Shown one piece after another: positions 44,606 to 56,797 of a DNA stretch of 64,000 nucleotides. This DNA is from Flectonema sp. DT1601. Taxonomy: Eukaryota. The notes under the pieces were generated by a model that saw only the letters and a program-made list of their open reading frames with translations, was not told the origin of the DNA and did no database searches. A program made the position numbers and the translations under genes. The stretch spans positions 682,001 to 746,000 of the forward strand of contig OZ025788.1 of NCBI GenBank assembly GCA_964019425.1. The letters run 5' to 3'. Numbering within the stretch: position 1 is the stretch's first letter; each line of letters starts with the position of its first letter.

Positions 44606-45039
44606 AATGCGGCAGCATCTGTTGGGGGAGAATTCATGCGTAAAATGTAATTAAAACACCAACGACAACATCTGTTGTTCTTACAAAAGATCGAATGCAA
44701 TAGTCTGTTAAACCGAAACGAACCGTACTACCGAATGATAACGAAAGGTCATCAAAGTAAATTAAACCAGCAGAGTGTTGGTTCGTTTTTTTAAATAATA
44801 AAATAACGACAGCGTGACCCTCATTCCCTGAACCCATTACGTATTTTAATTATTAATATACAAGTCTCTTGGTTCTTAACAGTACAGTGCACGGTCACAA
44901 AGAAAAGGCAGTGTACTACCTTAAAGAAAAAAAAAAAAAAAAAAGCGTTTTTGCGAAGCATTCTTATAGAGATGTCGCTTTAGAAAAGGACAGAAACGTA
45001 TTTTTGTCTCACTTTTTACTTATTCTATGTGAGAGTTGT

Positions 45040-46650
45040 TTATCTATTCGTTATAACAGATTGGAGGATGTAAATATAATTGATTCCCATACAAGACATT
45101 AATCCTATCCAGTGATGGTAATATCCACAAACAGAAGTGTCCATAAAGATGACGACATGACCAAGACAGACGTCAACAATCCAAGTGATTAGAAGAGCAA
45201 TCAGAGCAATCACAGCTCTCTTTTGAACATCTGGATCACTAGCGACTACTAAATGATCTTGAACCCAGTCAGACACTAGATAGATAGCTGCTGCTGATAT
45301 TATTGTTACTCCGTGTAAGTACAGCCACGCAATGGCAAGGGCAGAGCATTCTAGTTCTCCGAACATTACTGAGAGAGCAATAGCGTATCCTATTACTGCG
45401 ATACCAATGGCTATTATAAATATTCTTCGACAACGGACATTTATCCTCCTCCTGTTTCGATCAGCAATAGCAAACTCCGCATCCTTCTTCAACTCATAAC
45501 ATGACGGGGGAAGCTTAGTTACATATTGCTTTGGTGTGAGGTCGAGACTTCTTAGGAATGTTTTAGTTTCTATCCAAGCATCCATTCCAAAGTCATGACA
45601 GGCAAAGTCGAACAAATGCAGAAACTTCTTATCAGGATCAGAGTTAACCCTCCCGTATAGACGAGTAGCGTGTTCATAAGGGATTATTTCATCCCGTTTA
45701 CCGTGAAGTATTAGAACAGGGAGAGAGATGTTTTCAATCGCCTTCTCAACATTGAAACGCTCGACCATCCAACAACTAACTATTCGAGAGAGAATAGAAA
45801 AACGGCGAGCGTGAAATTCAAGAATTCCTTTCCAAGAAGTATACGGAGACTTTAGTATCAGTCCTCCCAATTTCATTCCTTGCGATTCCAACTCTGCTGC
45901 TACTAAAATAGAAGGAGCTGTTGCTATTGATCTACTGTACAGAACAATCGAAGAGATCGGAAATTTCATTTCCTCATGTAAGAATATTATAACATCCATT
46001 ATTGTATTCGGCAGAGATTCTTCGGTTGGTACTCCTGCAGCGAGTCCGTACCCAGGCCACTCCGGTGCGAGGACAGACATATTAAAAGTATTTCTATAAG
46101 AAGTGACCACAGGTGAATTACTTATATCACAAGCATTGCCATGTGTGAATATTATTACTCCTCGAGATCGTTCTTTTGGAAGCCAAAGTGCTGGGATTTT
46201 GTATTCCGCGTGTCGCATTGGAATGAAGACGAGGTTTGAATACTTGTGATCGTAATCTGAAGGTTTTGGTCTGAAGAATATCTGCGATATGATACTTTCG
46301 GTCTTTAAAAATCTCATGCAAACCCCGTCGTTGATGATTGAACGAAATTTAATTCGTTTCTTTGAGGAGTCCGGACACTGATCAGATATAATTTTTAGTT
46401 GAATATCTCTCTCGAGATCATTTTCATCATGGCTGTAGTAGTTTTCTAATTCCTCTTTCTTATGGATCACTCCACCTTTCTTTATCCCGACAAGCCGTTC
46501 CCATTCTCTTGCTTGTTCTGTTGTTAGCTCCTCACCGCTTCCTCCATAGGCTCTGACTAAACCAGAGATTGATACCTCTATTTCTATTTCTTCAGCATCC
46601 ATGTCTTCAGGTAGTTTTTTTAGTTGTTGTGGATTATCCAGTGTGGTCAT
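45040..46650 (-). CDS. ABHD17/ABHD13-like alpha/beta hydrolase with C-terminal TM helices; 3' end may be spliced
   Basis: FTHGNACD, WPGYG, LYSRSIAT, ILKSPYTS, LHGKRDEIIP and ACHD motifs, followed by three or more hydrophobic segments. Confidence 0.85.
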   Translation of the reverse strand: MTTLDNPQQLKKLPEDMDAEEIEIEVSISGLVRAYGGSGEELTTEQAREWERLVGIKKGGVIHKKEELENYYSHDENDLERDIQLKIISDQCPDSSKKRIKFRSIINDGVCMRFLKTESIISQIFFRPKPSDYDHKYSNLVFIPMRHAEYKIPALWLPKERSRGVIIFTHGNACDISNSPVVTSYRNTFNMSVLAPEWPGYGLAAGVPTEESLPNTIMDVIIFLHEEMKFPISSIVLYSRSIATAPSILVAAELESQGMKLGGLILKSPYTSWKGILEFHARRFSILSRIVSCWMVERFNVEKAIENISLPVLILHGKRDEIIPYEHATRLYGRVNSDPDKKFLHLFDFACHDFGMDAWIETKTFLRSLDLTPKQYVTKLPPSCYELKKDAEFAIADRNRRRINVRCRRIFIIAIGIAVIGYAIALSVMFGELECSALAIAWLYLHGVTIISAAAIYLVSDWVQDHLVVASDPDVQKRAVIALIALLITWIVDVCLGHVVIFMDTSVCGYYHHWIGLMSCMGINYIYILQSVITNR

Positions 46651-48500
46651 CACTCTTTGGTCTATAAGAGTGATTTGTCTCCCCACTGCAACCTGTTTGA
46701 GAAGTAATTTACAGATACAATTGAATAAACCACTATTTATATTTTTTTAAAAAAACCCGAAAAATTATAAAACACAGAAAAAAAAAATAATGCTATATGA
46801 AGAGAAAATTATATTTTATTTATAATTATTTATTAATTTTTTTAGTATAAAGAGAAAATTAAAGAGAAAAAAAAAAAGAGAAAAAAAACAACAACAACAA
46901 CAACAACAAACGGTGCGCAGACACAAGTGATCGCACAGTCGCAATTAGGGGCCAGAACCTGAATATCAGAAGCAAGAGGTTCATTCGTACGTATGTTTTA
47001 GTAGAATAGGAACGCCAAAGACCAAAGGAGAGAGGCAACACGAAGGTCGACAAAATTGAACAGAATCAGAAGGAAGCTCACTCAGAAAACTCTAACGAGA
47101 CACCGATGCGAAAGGCTGAATAAACAGTTAACTAAAGCAGTTACGCTAATCACCAACAGTCACTGTAGAGCTTCTACCACAACAGGAAAGAACAGGAAAG
47201 GTAGTCAAACCTCTATTATGAGTATCTGACTGCGAACTGCCATTGTCACCAAGTAGAGGCTCATATGGTGACTTTTCTGTTTACCCCTTCGGAAAGTACA
47301 GCAGAGAGAAATAAAACAAATAGCGGCAGAAGTAACTACGTCGTACGGCAACAATCAGAATGGGAATTGTTTGTACACAAACAGGTTTCCCAAATCCGGT
47401 TTTCAAAAAGGTTTCGTGGATTGGGATATTTAATCTAACAAATAAAAAGGGAACGACATCAAGAAAAGGATACACGCTGAAGAACTCAAAAAAAAAAAAA
47501 AAAAAAAAAAAAAGTTGGTCGGCGTAACTCACTCTAAATGGTAAGCACCAGAGACGAGACCATTCACTGTACACCTTCTGAACTAAAAGACAAACCTGAA
47601 CCAAAAGAAAAGAACAACTCCTCATAATAGGAACCTGTATTTACAAGGTAATTATATATATTTTATAAGTTAATTCCCTTAGTATTGCACTCAACCAGTC
47701 TTCATTACTGGTAAAGTTAGGGGAAATAAAAGGGGAAAAAAGGTGTTGCTCTTTGATTTGCTGTGAAATCCTATTCCACAGATTAAACACCAAAGAGACT
47801 GACAACAGCTTAGCTTACAAAACGCCATTTGATCGTGCGCAGATCGCAAAATCATTCGTTTGTTTTTTTTTGTTGAATGCGAATTGTGTGCTTGTAGTAA
47901 AAGAGAGAGACAGAGAGATAGAGAGAGAAACGAAGCAGCTTGAATCCAGCTGATATCGTAGAAATCAGGTGAGAAAATAGCTTTTATCACAAGTGGGCAG
48001 GCAACACTTGAATGAAGTTGTCGCAAACCTTACAGTGTCGGGGGTATAATTACCCACCGTTAGAACGGAGAGAACTTAAAGAAGAAAATCTGAACATCAC
48101 CTCTTCCATCTGTAATTGACGACAGACAGTATTAAGGCAAGGAAAAAAATAAAAAAAATATATTTCCTTTTCTTTTTTTTTTTTTTTTTTTTTTTTTGCA
48201 CTGATTTTACAGGGGAAAAAAAGAAAGAAAAAATGAAAAAATTGAACCGTCACGTGTTTTTCGTCTTACTTTGTAATAGTGGACAAAGGACAACACAACA
48301 CAAAACGATAAGTGAATTCAGAAGCTAAAAGAGAGCAAACAATATTAAAATGAATCTCCTGCAGAACAACTGTTGTTTTTACCGAAGTAAATTTCCCTGT
48401 TTCTATACCAGACGATTTCAGAAATGAATATTCAGCTGGCAATAGATTGAGAAGATTTCCTCACTTGATATAGCAATCACTGCATTCTACGATAGAATAC

Positions 48501-50295
48501 TTACAACGCAACCGCTTCCTCTTCGTAATAAGTTGTTGGCTTCATTGACGGAATAGGAATCCCACTACTGTGATTGGAGATATTTGGACAACCACTATTT
48601 TGAGAGAATCCAACCTTTAATAGATGTTGATTATTATTTATAAGAGGAGACGGAACTTGTGGAGAAGACAAGTGAGAAGAAGACTCCGATGACGTACGAG
48701 GTTCATGCAAGACTGCAGGACTCAATTCCATTACAGCAGGAGACTGCTGTACAGGATTAACAACCGGCTTTGATTCTACAGTCTCTTGCTCAGACATAGA
48801 ATCAACTGATGAGACTGTATTAAGCCAATCAGGTTCATCAACGTGAGGTTTTACTTCAGTTCGTTGTTTACCAATTGCTGTTGTTGTGAATGATGCTTTT
48901 ATCATTTCTTGAAGCTTCTCAGATATTCTTCTGGTACCTCCGAGATCAGAATTAGAAGAAGTATCATCTTGATCAATAAAGTTATATAACCAATGGTGAT
49001 TTAATAAGTTGTCGGCACTCCATCGTTTTTCAGAGTCTGGGCTTAGACAGATTTTCAAGAAATCAACAGCTTCTTCAGAAACTGCTGGGCTTTTAGGAGC
49101 GCATGGTGGTAATGGCTCCTTCCAGTTACCAACCGTGTACATTGCTTGCCAAGTTGTGTCAAATCCTTCTGTTGGCCAAGCAGGTTTTCCCTGATTGAGA
49201 AGTTCACAAGTTACGCATCCGACTGACCAAATATCAGCTTTCAGAGTGACTCCTGATGGACTTGTAATCGCTTCTGGTGCCATCCAAAGAGGGGTTCCTG
49301 ATAAAAATGATTTCCTGCTGTCACCGATATCAAGTTTCTTACTTGTTCCAAAGTCTGCTAACTTCAGCTGACCCTCGGATCCCATTAAAATATTATCTGC
49401 TTTCAGATCCCGATGAAGGATCTCATGCTTGTGAAGGTAACCAACTCCGAATAGTATTTGACGAACATACGCAATGGCTGTAGTTTCGTCGAGGGCACGT
49501 TTCAGCTTTCGCACAAATTCACCGAGTGTACCTCCGTGAATACATTCCATAAAGATATTCAATCCCTCGTCATCTATAGATGCTCCGTAGTACTGTTTTA
49601 TAAAAGTGTTTTCTAAATATTGTTTTCTAAAACAAAAAGGATTCATAAATATAAATATAACATACTCTGACAATGTTCGGATGTCTGAGGTCTGACATCA
49701 ACTCAACCTCTCGTCTCAGTTCGATGAGCCGTTCTTTAGGAAGCTCGCTGTGTAGTGACATTGTTTTAACTGCGAAGAGAGTTCCATTTCCTCTGATGCC
49801 GACATGAACAGAACCAAAAGACCCGCTGCCGAGTAGCCTTCCGCGTTGCCATTGTCGAGGAACAGACGAGTCTTTTCTTTTACCGAAACCTTCTGATGGT
49901 GAGAGAGGAGGTTTTGAAAGGTAAGTTGACGACATTAGGTCATCACTTGGTGATTTTGTTGCATGTGGAGTTGGAGGGTTGTATTTGATATCAACTTCTT
50001 CAACAACTTCATTACCGACTTCAATGCTCTCGATAACAACAATCGGTGATGGTTTTGTCTGTTTGTCCAGCAACGGAGACGTAGCTGATGACGTAATTGA
50101 ATTATTTAATTCCCTTCTTATGCTTTGTAACTCTTTGTTATTACCATCAGAAGCCTTCCTTGACATTTGAGACTTCAATTTGTGGTATTTCAGTTTCATC
50201 TTATTCCATTGAACAACAGCTATAACGAAGAATATTCCCAAAACAAGAAGTACTGGGCCCCATATTGGTGCATACCCACTTCCACTTAGAGACAT
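48501..50295 (-). CDS. STE11/MAP3K-like Ser/Thr kinase with N-terminal TM anchor (exons 50295-49666 and 49592-48501)
   Basis: LGSGSFG, FAVK, HPNIVR|YYG joined across a 73-nt intron, HRDLKADN, DFG, GTPLWMAPE and DIWSVGC. Confidence 0.93.
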
Positions 50296-51501
50296 GCCGT
50301 GTGACTAAGCACACATATTTGAGAGTAGTCTGTTGGGGAATTAATTATTGATAATCGAATGAACGTATAACACTGTGGGGAAAACATAGTTTCAGTCCAT
50401 AATTTTATACCACTCGTACCAACCAACAACACCAATTGATATTTATAATCGTTGAGGAGGGGAAGAATGAACATTAAACCTCTTACTGTAATCAGCTGCT
50501 GGAAGTTTAAGCAGGTGCTGCGCTGTACTTTCACAGCGATTTACATCAAATAGATCAATACACAATACTATAAGATTGTATTACTCTCAGTAAGAGATTT
50601 AATTATGGAGTTCCTGACTGTCGACTATGTCATCAGTCATAGCGCAACACAAAGTAAAGTGTTTTGGGAATTCACAAGTAAAGTTCCTTAGACCAAAATG
50701 GGATAACTGTTGCAGTGCAAAAAAAAGAAAGAAATAACCGACTGCTTGCTGAATTCTTTCTTTATATCAAACGAGCGTCCAAAAAAAAACCGGAAGCGAC
50801 AAACCGGAAGAACAAGAAAATGTTGCGACTTAGTCGTCACGGTGGTTGCCAGAATTCTTACGAAAACGCGCTAAAGGGAAAAAAAAAAAAAAAAGAAACT
50901 AAACAGAAAACCAGCGACAAGTGAGCGCCAATTTAATAAACCAATCACAGACAAGGGTACTGTAGATGCCCATCTTCGATCAAAACAAATATTTAACTAC
51001 ACATAAAACTCTTAGCTGTGAGTTTTTGATAAGAGTTTTATTAGTGGTCTAAAACATAACAAACATCAACAAGTAAATGACGAGCTGATTGCTGCGAAAA
51101 CAGAAACGGAAAAGCCAATCTCTTTGAGTTGTTGATTAGCTACAATACAAATAGAACGCTTCAACTATCCACAAAGAACAATAACTACAATAGTTGAAGT
51201 CTCAATAAGATGAAGGAAAGGATAAGAATATTGATTTGAATAGCTGTGACGTAACAGTCATGTGAAGGTTTCTAAAGACACGAGATGTAATTAATAACTG
51301 CCCCACACCTTGACAGATGGTAATACTTTACCGATATCAAGAACAAGAAAACATCAAAAGCCTCCCAACGCAGCAACAACACACATAACCTCATATATAA
51401 CAAGAATAAGATACCGCAGGCTGTGGACCTTTATAATGTGACACGTTAATCTAATGACCATCGTTGTGTACAGTTACTGAGTAATCAGATGACTGCAGGA
51501 A

Positions 51502-54500
51502 TCAGGAAACTAATTTAATATCTTCAGACAGAAGGGAGTCTTCACAATTGTTTTGATTAAACTCAGCTGATTGTTGAGTTACTGTCTGAAGTGTGCTATA
51601 ATCGTATTCCGGTTGTTCTTCTTCTTCTTGTAAAAGGTTTAGTTGTGGTATCGGAACCACACTTTTGCGTCGATTTTCATTTTGCAAAACGGGAACAGCG
51701 ACCCGTTTTTGATAATTCAGTTCCGGAATTGGAATTATACTTTTAATCACTTCTTGTCCTTGTAATGGATTGCTTACTATTCTGTTGTCAAGTGTATCAG
51801 ATTGCATTCGACTGTAACAATATTCAGGAGTTTCAGAATCACACACCTCGTCATGAAGATCAGAGTAGTCGTATTGAAGTTCTTGTTGTTGGGGATTTGA
51901 CTGAATGTTTTCTGAAGAAACATTCAAGTCTAAGTCCGTGTATAAAGAATACACTAATTCATCACCAGTAGCATCATGACCAGTTCCATATTGATTGCCT
52001 GAAGTATAAACATTCGTATCCAGTGATGACATTGAAGAGGTTGTGATCGGTTGTAGAAGTGGTAACGAGTCAATAGAATACTCTTCTCGAATTGTTTTTA
52101 AATTAAATATTATCTGTTCCATTGACAACCTGTTCTTCGGATCTTTTGACCAACACTTTAAGATGACGTTGTCCCAAATAGCTTCTGCTATTGGACTGCA
52201 TGTTGTTGGTCTTTTGGGTAATTCTCCTCTTACAATGGCTAAGCGAATAATAGATAATCGATTGTGTTTAGAACCAGGTTGTTTTGGGATGTGATGAAAT
52301 GGATATTTTCCTGTTAAAATTTCATACAGAAGACACCCGAATCCCCAAACATCATGAAACTGCGTAGCAATACGAACAGATGACAGTGACTCTGGGGGAC
52401 TCCATGCCACAGCAATAGGTTTTGTAATGCAGGTATCTTGTTCGGTCATAAGCCCCATGTCAGCAAGTTTGAATGAAAATCTTTCATTCACGAGAATATT
52501 ACGAGCAGCAACATCACAATGAGCTAGTTTTCTTCCGTGTATGAATGCTAATGCGCTAGCAGTGGAACCCATTGAGAGAGCTATTGATTCCCTTCCGATG
52601 ATGTTTGTCCCAACAAAAGTATCTAAGCAACCTCTTGAACAGAACTCTGTTATCATAAATAACGAATTATCATTTCTTGCCCATCCGTACAACATTAAGA
52701 TATCCTTCTGTACGAGGGAACATAATGTGTTGATTTCACTGATGAAGTGTTCGTCTAGTTTCTTTTTGGATTCCTTCAAAGCGACAGTCTCTTGAGTAAC
52801 TGCATACAATGCTTTGAAAACACAACCAGAGTTACCCTCACCAACTAATAGAAGATTACTAAATTCGTTCCAAGGTATTTCTCTTCCAATCGGATTGATT
52901 GGTGTGATTTCAGTACAATGTTCAGCTTCCAGTAAAGATCCTCGTAGTGGAGATTTGATTTGTCTCTTAGAAATATCTGATCGAAGCTTTACAATACACA
53001 CGACAGCTGATAAAAACATACAAAGCAAACATGAAACTATCACTGGAAGCTTTACGCTCATCTGACTGCTTGAAGTTTTGAGATCTACTTTCTGTTCTGG
53101 TAGAGGAGTGTGAACAAATATTCCCTGATTCTCACCCATGACTGTAATGTCTTGAGTGAATGATGTTTCGTTATGGATTTCACAAGTGAATACTAATCCT
53201 CTGTTTGATGGTCCTCGTAGGGCGGCATACTCCAATACTCCAGGTTTTGAAGTAGTTGAAAAACAATTAAATAACTCCTCAGAATAGTCATCTCGTGTTA
53301 GAGTCACATCCTTAAGCATTGCGATACCTGTTTCTGAATCAGTTATTATAATAGTTGGATGAGATTCATCATGTCGGATTATATTTCCTTCTGTTTTAAT
53401 ATCAGCAACAGTCATAAGAGAATGTGAACCTGTTCGTCTGGATTCAGACGACGACTCAAGAAGCCACGTTTTCTCCTCAAGTTCAAACCCCAAAACCGCA
53501 ATTGGAGTCAGGGCATAGATCCATTGCCTCGTTGTGATCGCATGTTCGACCCATGCAAGTTGTAGTCTCGGCTCGTATGCTGAAATAGCCTCTTGTAGTG
53601 CACTAACACTAATTAGGTTCCCGGTGTTTATTTCTAATAGTAGAAAGTCTCTCTTGTCGTTTACAATAATCAAATCTCTTTCAGAAACTGTTTTAATACT
53701 GTGAACCACTGCATGTGATCCACGAGTTGCAAACCTGTTTGTAATTGGATACCTTCGTGGTGAAATACCGAGTGATACTCTCTGTGTGGCAAAACCACCT
53801 TTTTCTACTTCACTGCTTGCCCACGTGAAGTCAATGAACGAGTCTCCTAAAGACGCGATATTCTCATCCCTCCAAGCGAAGCAAGTGATGTCTTGTATCG
53901 GAACTGTTAAGAGAAGTGTGACATTCGTAGGAATTGTCACGTCAATAAAAAGTATTCCTTTCCCAGGAGAAAGTATTGCTGCGATGTCTCTTCCTTCTAA
54001 ATTATGACGAGTTTCTATTACAGGAATTGAATTAGCTTCATTGATAAACATTTCTTGTGGGAATGTGAGAGTACCCGTTATCACTTTATCATCGCTAGTC
54101 TCAGAGTTGAGATCGATAATTGAAACACCAGACTTGTAGACTGCGATTCCATTCTTTTGTAAAACTGCGAGTGCGATGACAGGTTCGATAATTGGAAGCT
54201 TTCTTCTAAATGAAATGATCTCAGTCGGGATATCAGATGTTCGTTGACGGCAATCTGGAGGTCTAAAACCTTCGTCACAATTACAAACACAGTCATCACT
54301 TCTCTCGGATGGTTCTCCTCTTCCACTGCAGTCATCTTTTCGAGAACACTTTATACAAATATCATTTGGTTGGACTGGTTTCCATCCAGGTTTACATTTA
54401 CTGCAATCACTTTGAACTGAATGTTGATCAAGACATTGATCACACATTTGACCATCCCAGTGATTTCTACAAATACATTTACAGGAATTAAGATCAGAAC

Positions 54501-54825
54501 TTATTTTAGTAGACTGCGCTCCTTGACTACAAAAAGTGCGAACATCACAAACGATGCACTCCGGGTATTGAACTCGACCCATATTACAACTGGCGCAAGT
54601 CTGTTGATCAAATTTATCATCGCAGTGTCCACAATTCTGACCGCTCCACATGTCGTTGCATTTGCAGAGACAAGCGTTGTTTGTTATTGAGACGGACTTA
54701 CCTCTACCGTTACAGTCTTTGTTTACATTACAATTACCGCAATTAGGAGGTACACCCACCTTCCCTTCTGGGCAGCTCTCACCCCACACCAGTACACTAC
54801 TCATTATTAATAACAGAAGTCTCAT
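51502..54825 (-). CDS. Single-pass receptor kinase with laminin/EGF-like Cys-rich ectodomain and tyrosine-kinase-like catalytic domain
   Basis: Signal peptide, C-x-C...W.G..C..C repeats and one TM helix. Kinase motifs GEGNSG, VALK, HCDVAARN, DMG, IAVAWSPPE, DVWGFG and CW..DP..R. Confidence 0.9.
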   Translation of the reverse strand: MRLLLLIMSSVLVWGESCPEGKVGVPPNCGNCNVNKDCNGRGKSVSITNNACLCKCNDMWSGQNCGHCDDKFDQQTCASCNMGRVQYPECIVCDVRTFCSQGAQSTKISSDLNSCKCICRNHWDGQMCDQCLDQHSVQSDCSKCKPGWKPVQPNDICIKCSRKDDCSGRGEPSERSDDCVCNCDEGFRPPDCRQRTSDIPTEIISFRRKLPIIEPVIALAVLQKNGIAVYKSGVSIIDLNSETSDDKVITGTLTFPQEMFINEANSIPVIETRHNLEGRDIAAILSPGKGILFIDVTIPTNVTLLLTVPIQDITCFAWRDENIASLGDSFIDFTWASSEVEKGGFATQRVSLGISPRRYPITNRFATRGSHAVVHSIKTVSERDLIIVNDKRDFLLLEINTGNLISVSALQEAISAYEPRLQLAWVEHAITTRQWIYALTPIAVLGFELEEKTWLLESSSESRRTGSHSLMTVADIKTEGNIIRHDESHPTIIITDSETGIAMLKDVTLTRDDYSEELFNCFSTTSKPGVLEYAALRGPSNRGLVFTCEIHNETSFTQDITVMGENQGIFVHTPLPEQKVDLKTSSSQMSVKLPVIVSCLLCMFLSAVVCIVKLRSDISKRQIKSPLRGSLLEAEHCTEITPINPIGREIPWNEFSNLLLVGEGNSGCVFKALYAVTQETVALKESKKKLDEHFISEINTLCSLVQKDILMLYGWARNDNSLFMITEFCSRGCLDTFVGTNIIGRESIALSMGSTASALAFIHGRKLAHCDVAARNILVNERFSFKLADMGLMTEQDTCITKPIAVAWSPPESLSSVRIATQFHDVWGFGCLLYEILTGKYPFHHIPKQPGSKHNRLSIIRLAIVRGELPKRPTTCSPIAEAIWDNVILKCWSKDPKNRLSMEQIIFNLKTIREEYSIDSLPLLQPITTSSMSSLDTNVYTSGNQYGTGHDATGDELVYSLYTDLDLNVSSENIQSNPQQQELQYDYSDLHDEVCDSETPEYCYSRMQSDTLDNRIVSNPLQGQEVIKSIIPIPELNYQKRVAVPVLQNENRRKSVVPIPQLNLLQEEEEQPEYDYSTLQTVTQQSAEFNQNNCEDSLLSEDIKLVS

Positions 54826-56797
54826 GTTAGTGAAGGGCAGTAATCATTTATAAAGTTTTTTTTTTTTTTTTTTTTTAAAAGGATGTTTGAAATACTGATC
54901 GGGTGGACCTGAGAAAGAATAATATAACCAGTAACTCCCCTCGGTGCAGTATTTTCCGTAAAGAACTTTTCCTTCTTTGTAACATCAACACTGGAAAGTG
55001 TGTAAAACTTTTGTGAAATCTCTTATGTTGGACTTCGCGAGTGCTTAACTTATCATCCAAACTAAAGAATAAAGTGAAGTGATCACAACAAGCACACTAA
55101 CAATCGCAAATAATAATGAAAGCAAATAAGAAAAAGTAAAAAAAGAAAACAGCACAAAAACAAGAAATTGATTCTACCAAGATCTTTCGTGTAAAAAGTT
55201 AAGTTAGTAAGCATCAGGCACGATGCCAGACAAGAGCATGTCTTCGAAGAAGAATAACTATGTTACAGAATGATATGATTATCAACTTAGCTGTCGAAAA
55301 GTTAATTCATACTCAAACTGTACTAACCATTATAAACTAAAAGAATGAAAAAAAAAAAAAAAAAAAAAAAACTATTCGGTTTTCGCAATAATATTGGGAA
55401 AGACGACCAACAGGGTAGTGTTTCTTTGTTTTTTCAATGAGGCGGATTTCTTACACCAAACATTGAAACAAATGAATTCTTGAAATGCAATCTACCTATC
55501 TGATTTAGTTAATCTCGAATCGAGTAACAACATTTAATTAACAACCACATTGTGTGAGGTATAAAGAAAGAATCACTCGACTAAGAGTGTGAAAGAAAAT
55601 AAATCCATTGATTTTCAATTTGATTGGGTCCATCAGCAACAACAGATAAATAATCCTTACTAGAGACGCTGAAAGGTTTTTCTGATCACAGATTATTACA
55701 AATAAAAGGGTGGTCAGACTGATTCGGGAGAAGACTACTAAATTTTCACAACAACGTTATTTAGTCACTTCAATCATCAGATGTTAACAGACAGTTCTCG
55801 CAATAGGTTACTTCAATTTCACGCAAAAAGAAATATAAAAGAAGGGAAAACAAATAATATGGGATGTGTGCTGTATGCGTAGTGCCTGCACTTAAGAAAT
55901 CTCACAACTACCAGGCTGCGAAATAACATCACGGAAGGACACACCAGAAAGGTCTGGAGAATGAACACACCAAGTTGAGCATCAAAGATGGGAAAAGTTG
56001 AAAGGAAACGAAACAGTTTTTGAGAGTGAAGAGGAATAACAAAACAAAATAAGAATTCTCTTGAGCGGACTATTGCACGGATGAAGTCGGACAGAACAGA
56101 TAGATAAATAGAAGTCAATTACATTGCGTATTGTGCAACTAAGAAGCATAGAGCTCGGGGCACGGAGCAACAGCAATGTAAGTAGACCCAATCTTACTAC
56201 TGATTGTAATAGTGTTGCTTAAAGACTTCTGCAAACTAAAAGTGAAAAAGAATATAAATAAAGTACACAAATTGATTTTCCTGAATGGAAACCTTGATCA
56301 GTCAAGTTGTGAAAAGCAAACGAACGACTACATGTATTTCATACAGAAATAGTAGAATCATACGAAAAAGGTTTTTCTGTACAACAGAACAAGAAATGAA
56401 TATCCAGTAACTCATAAAATAGAATAGGAGAGGACTTCAAAGGAGAAACATGAAAAAGATCTCCTCAGTCGACGCAGGTGTGTCACATAGTAATATTAGC
56501 AACTACACACTATGTGAGCATACCGTCACTTGCAATTATTTCTTTGAACAAAAAAAGAGGAAAAGGCAAAATAGAAACCATGGAGGAGAACAAAATACTT
56601 CATCGTTGATTAATAGCAGAGAAATAATACAAAAAAGGTGAAAGGGAAACAGAAAAACAGAACGTACAAAATGACATTTGAACCATGTCGGAATAAATCA
56701 CAATAGTGACAAGTATCAGTGAAGGGAGAGCAGCTGCACAATATGACGAACCTTTTGAAGACTTCACTTACTCAATGGAGTCGCTAATGACGGAATT

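Noticed and set aside
50286..50534. ORF upstream of the MAP3K as a possible extra coding exon
   Set aside because: A stop lies in the kinase frame just upstream of the ATG at 50295, and no clean splice model joins them.
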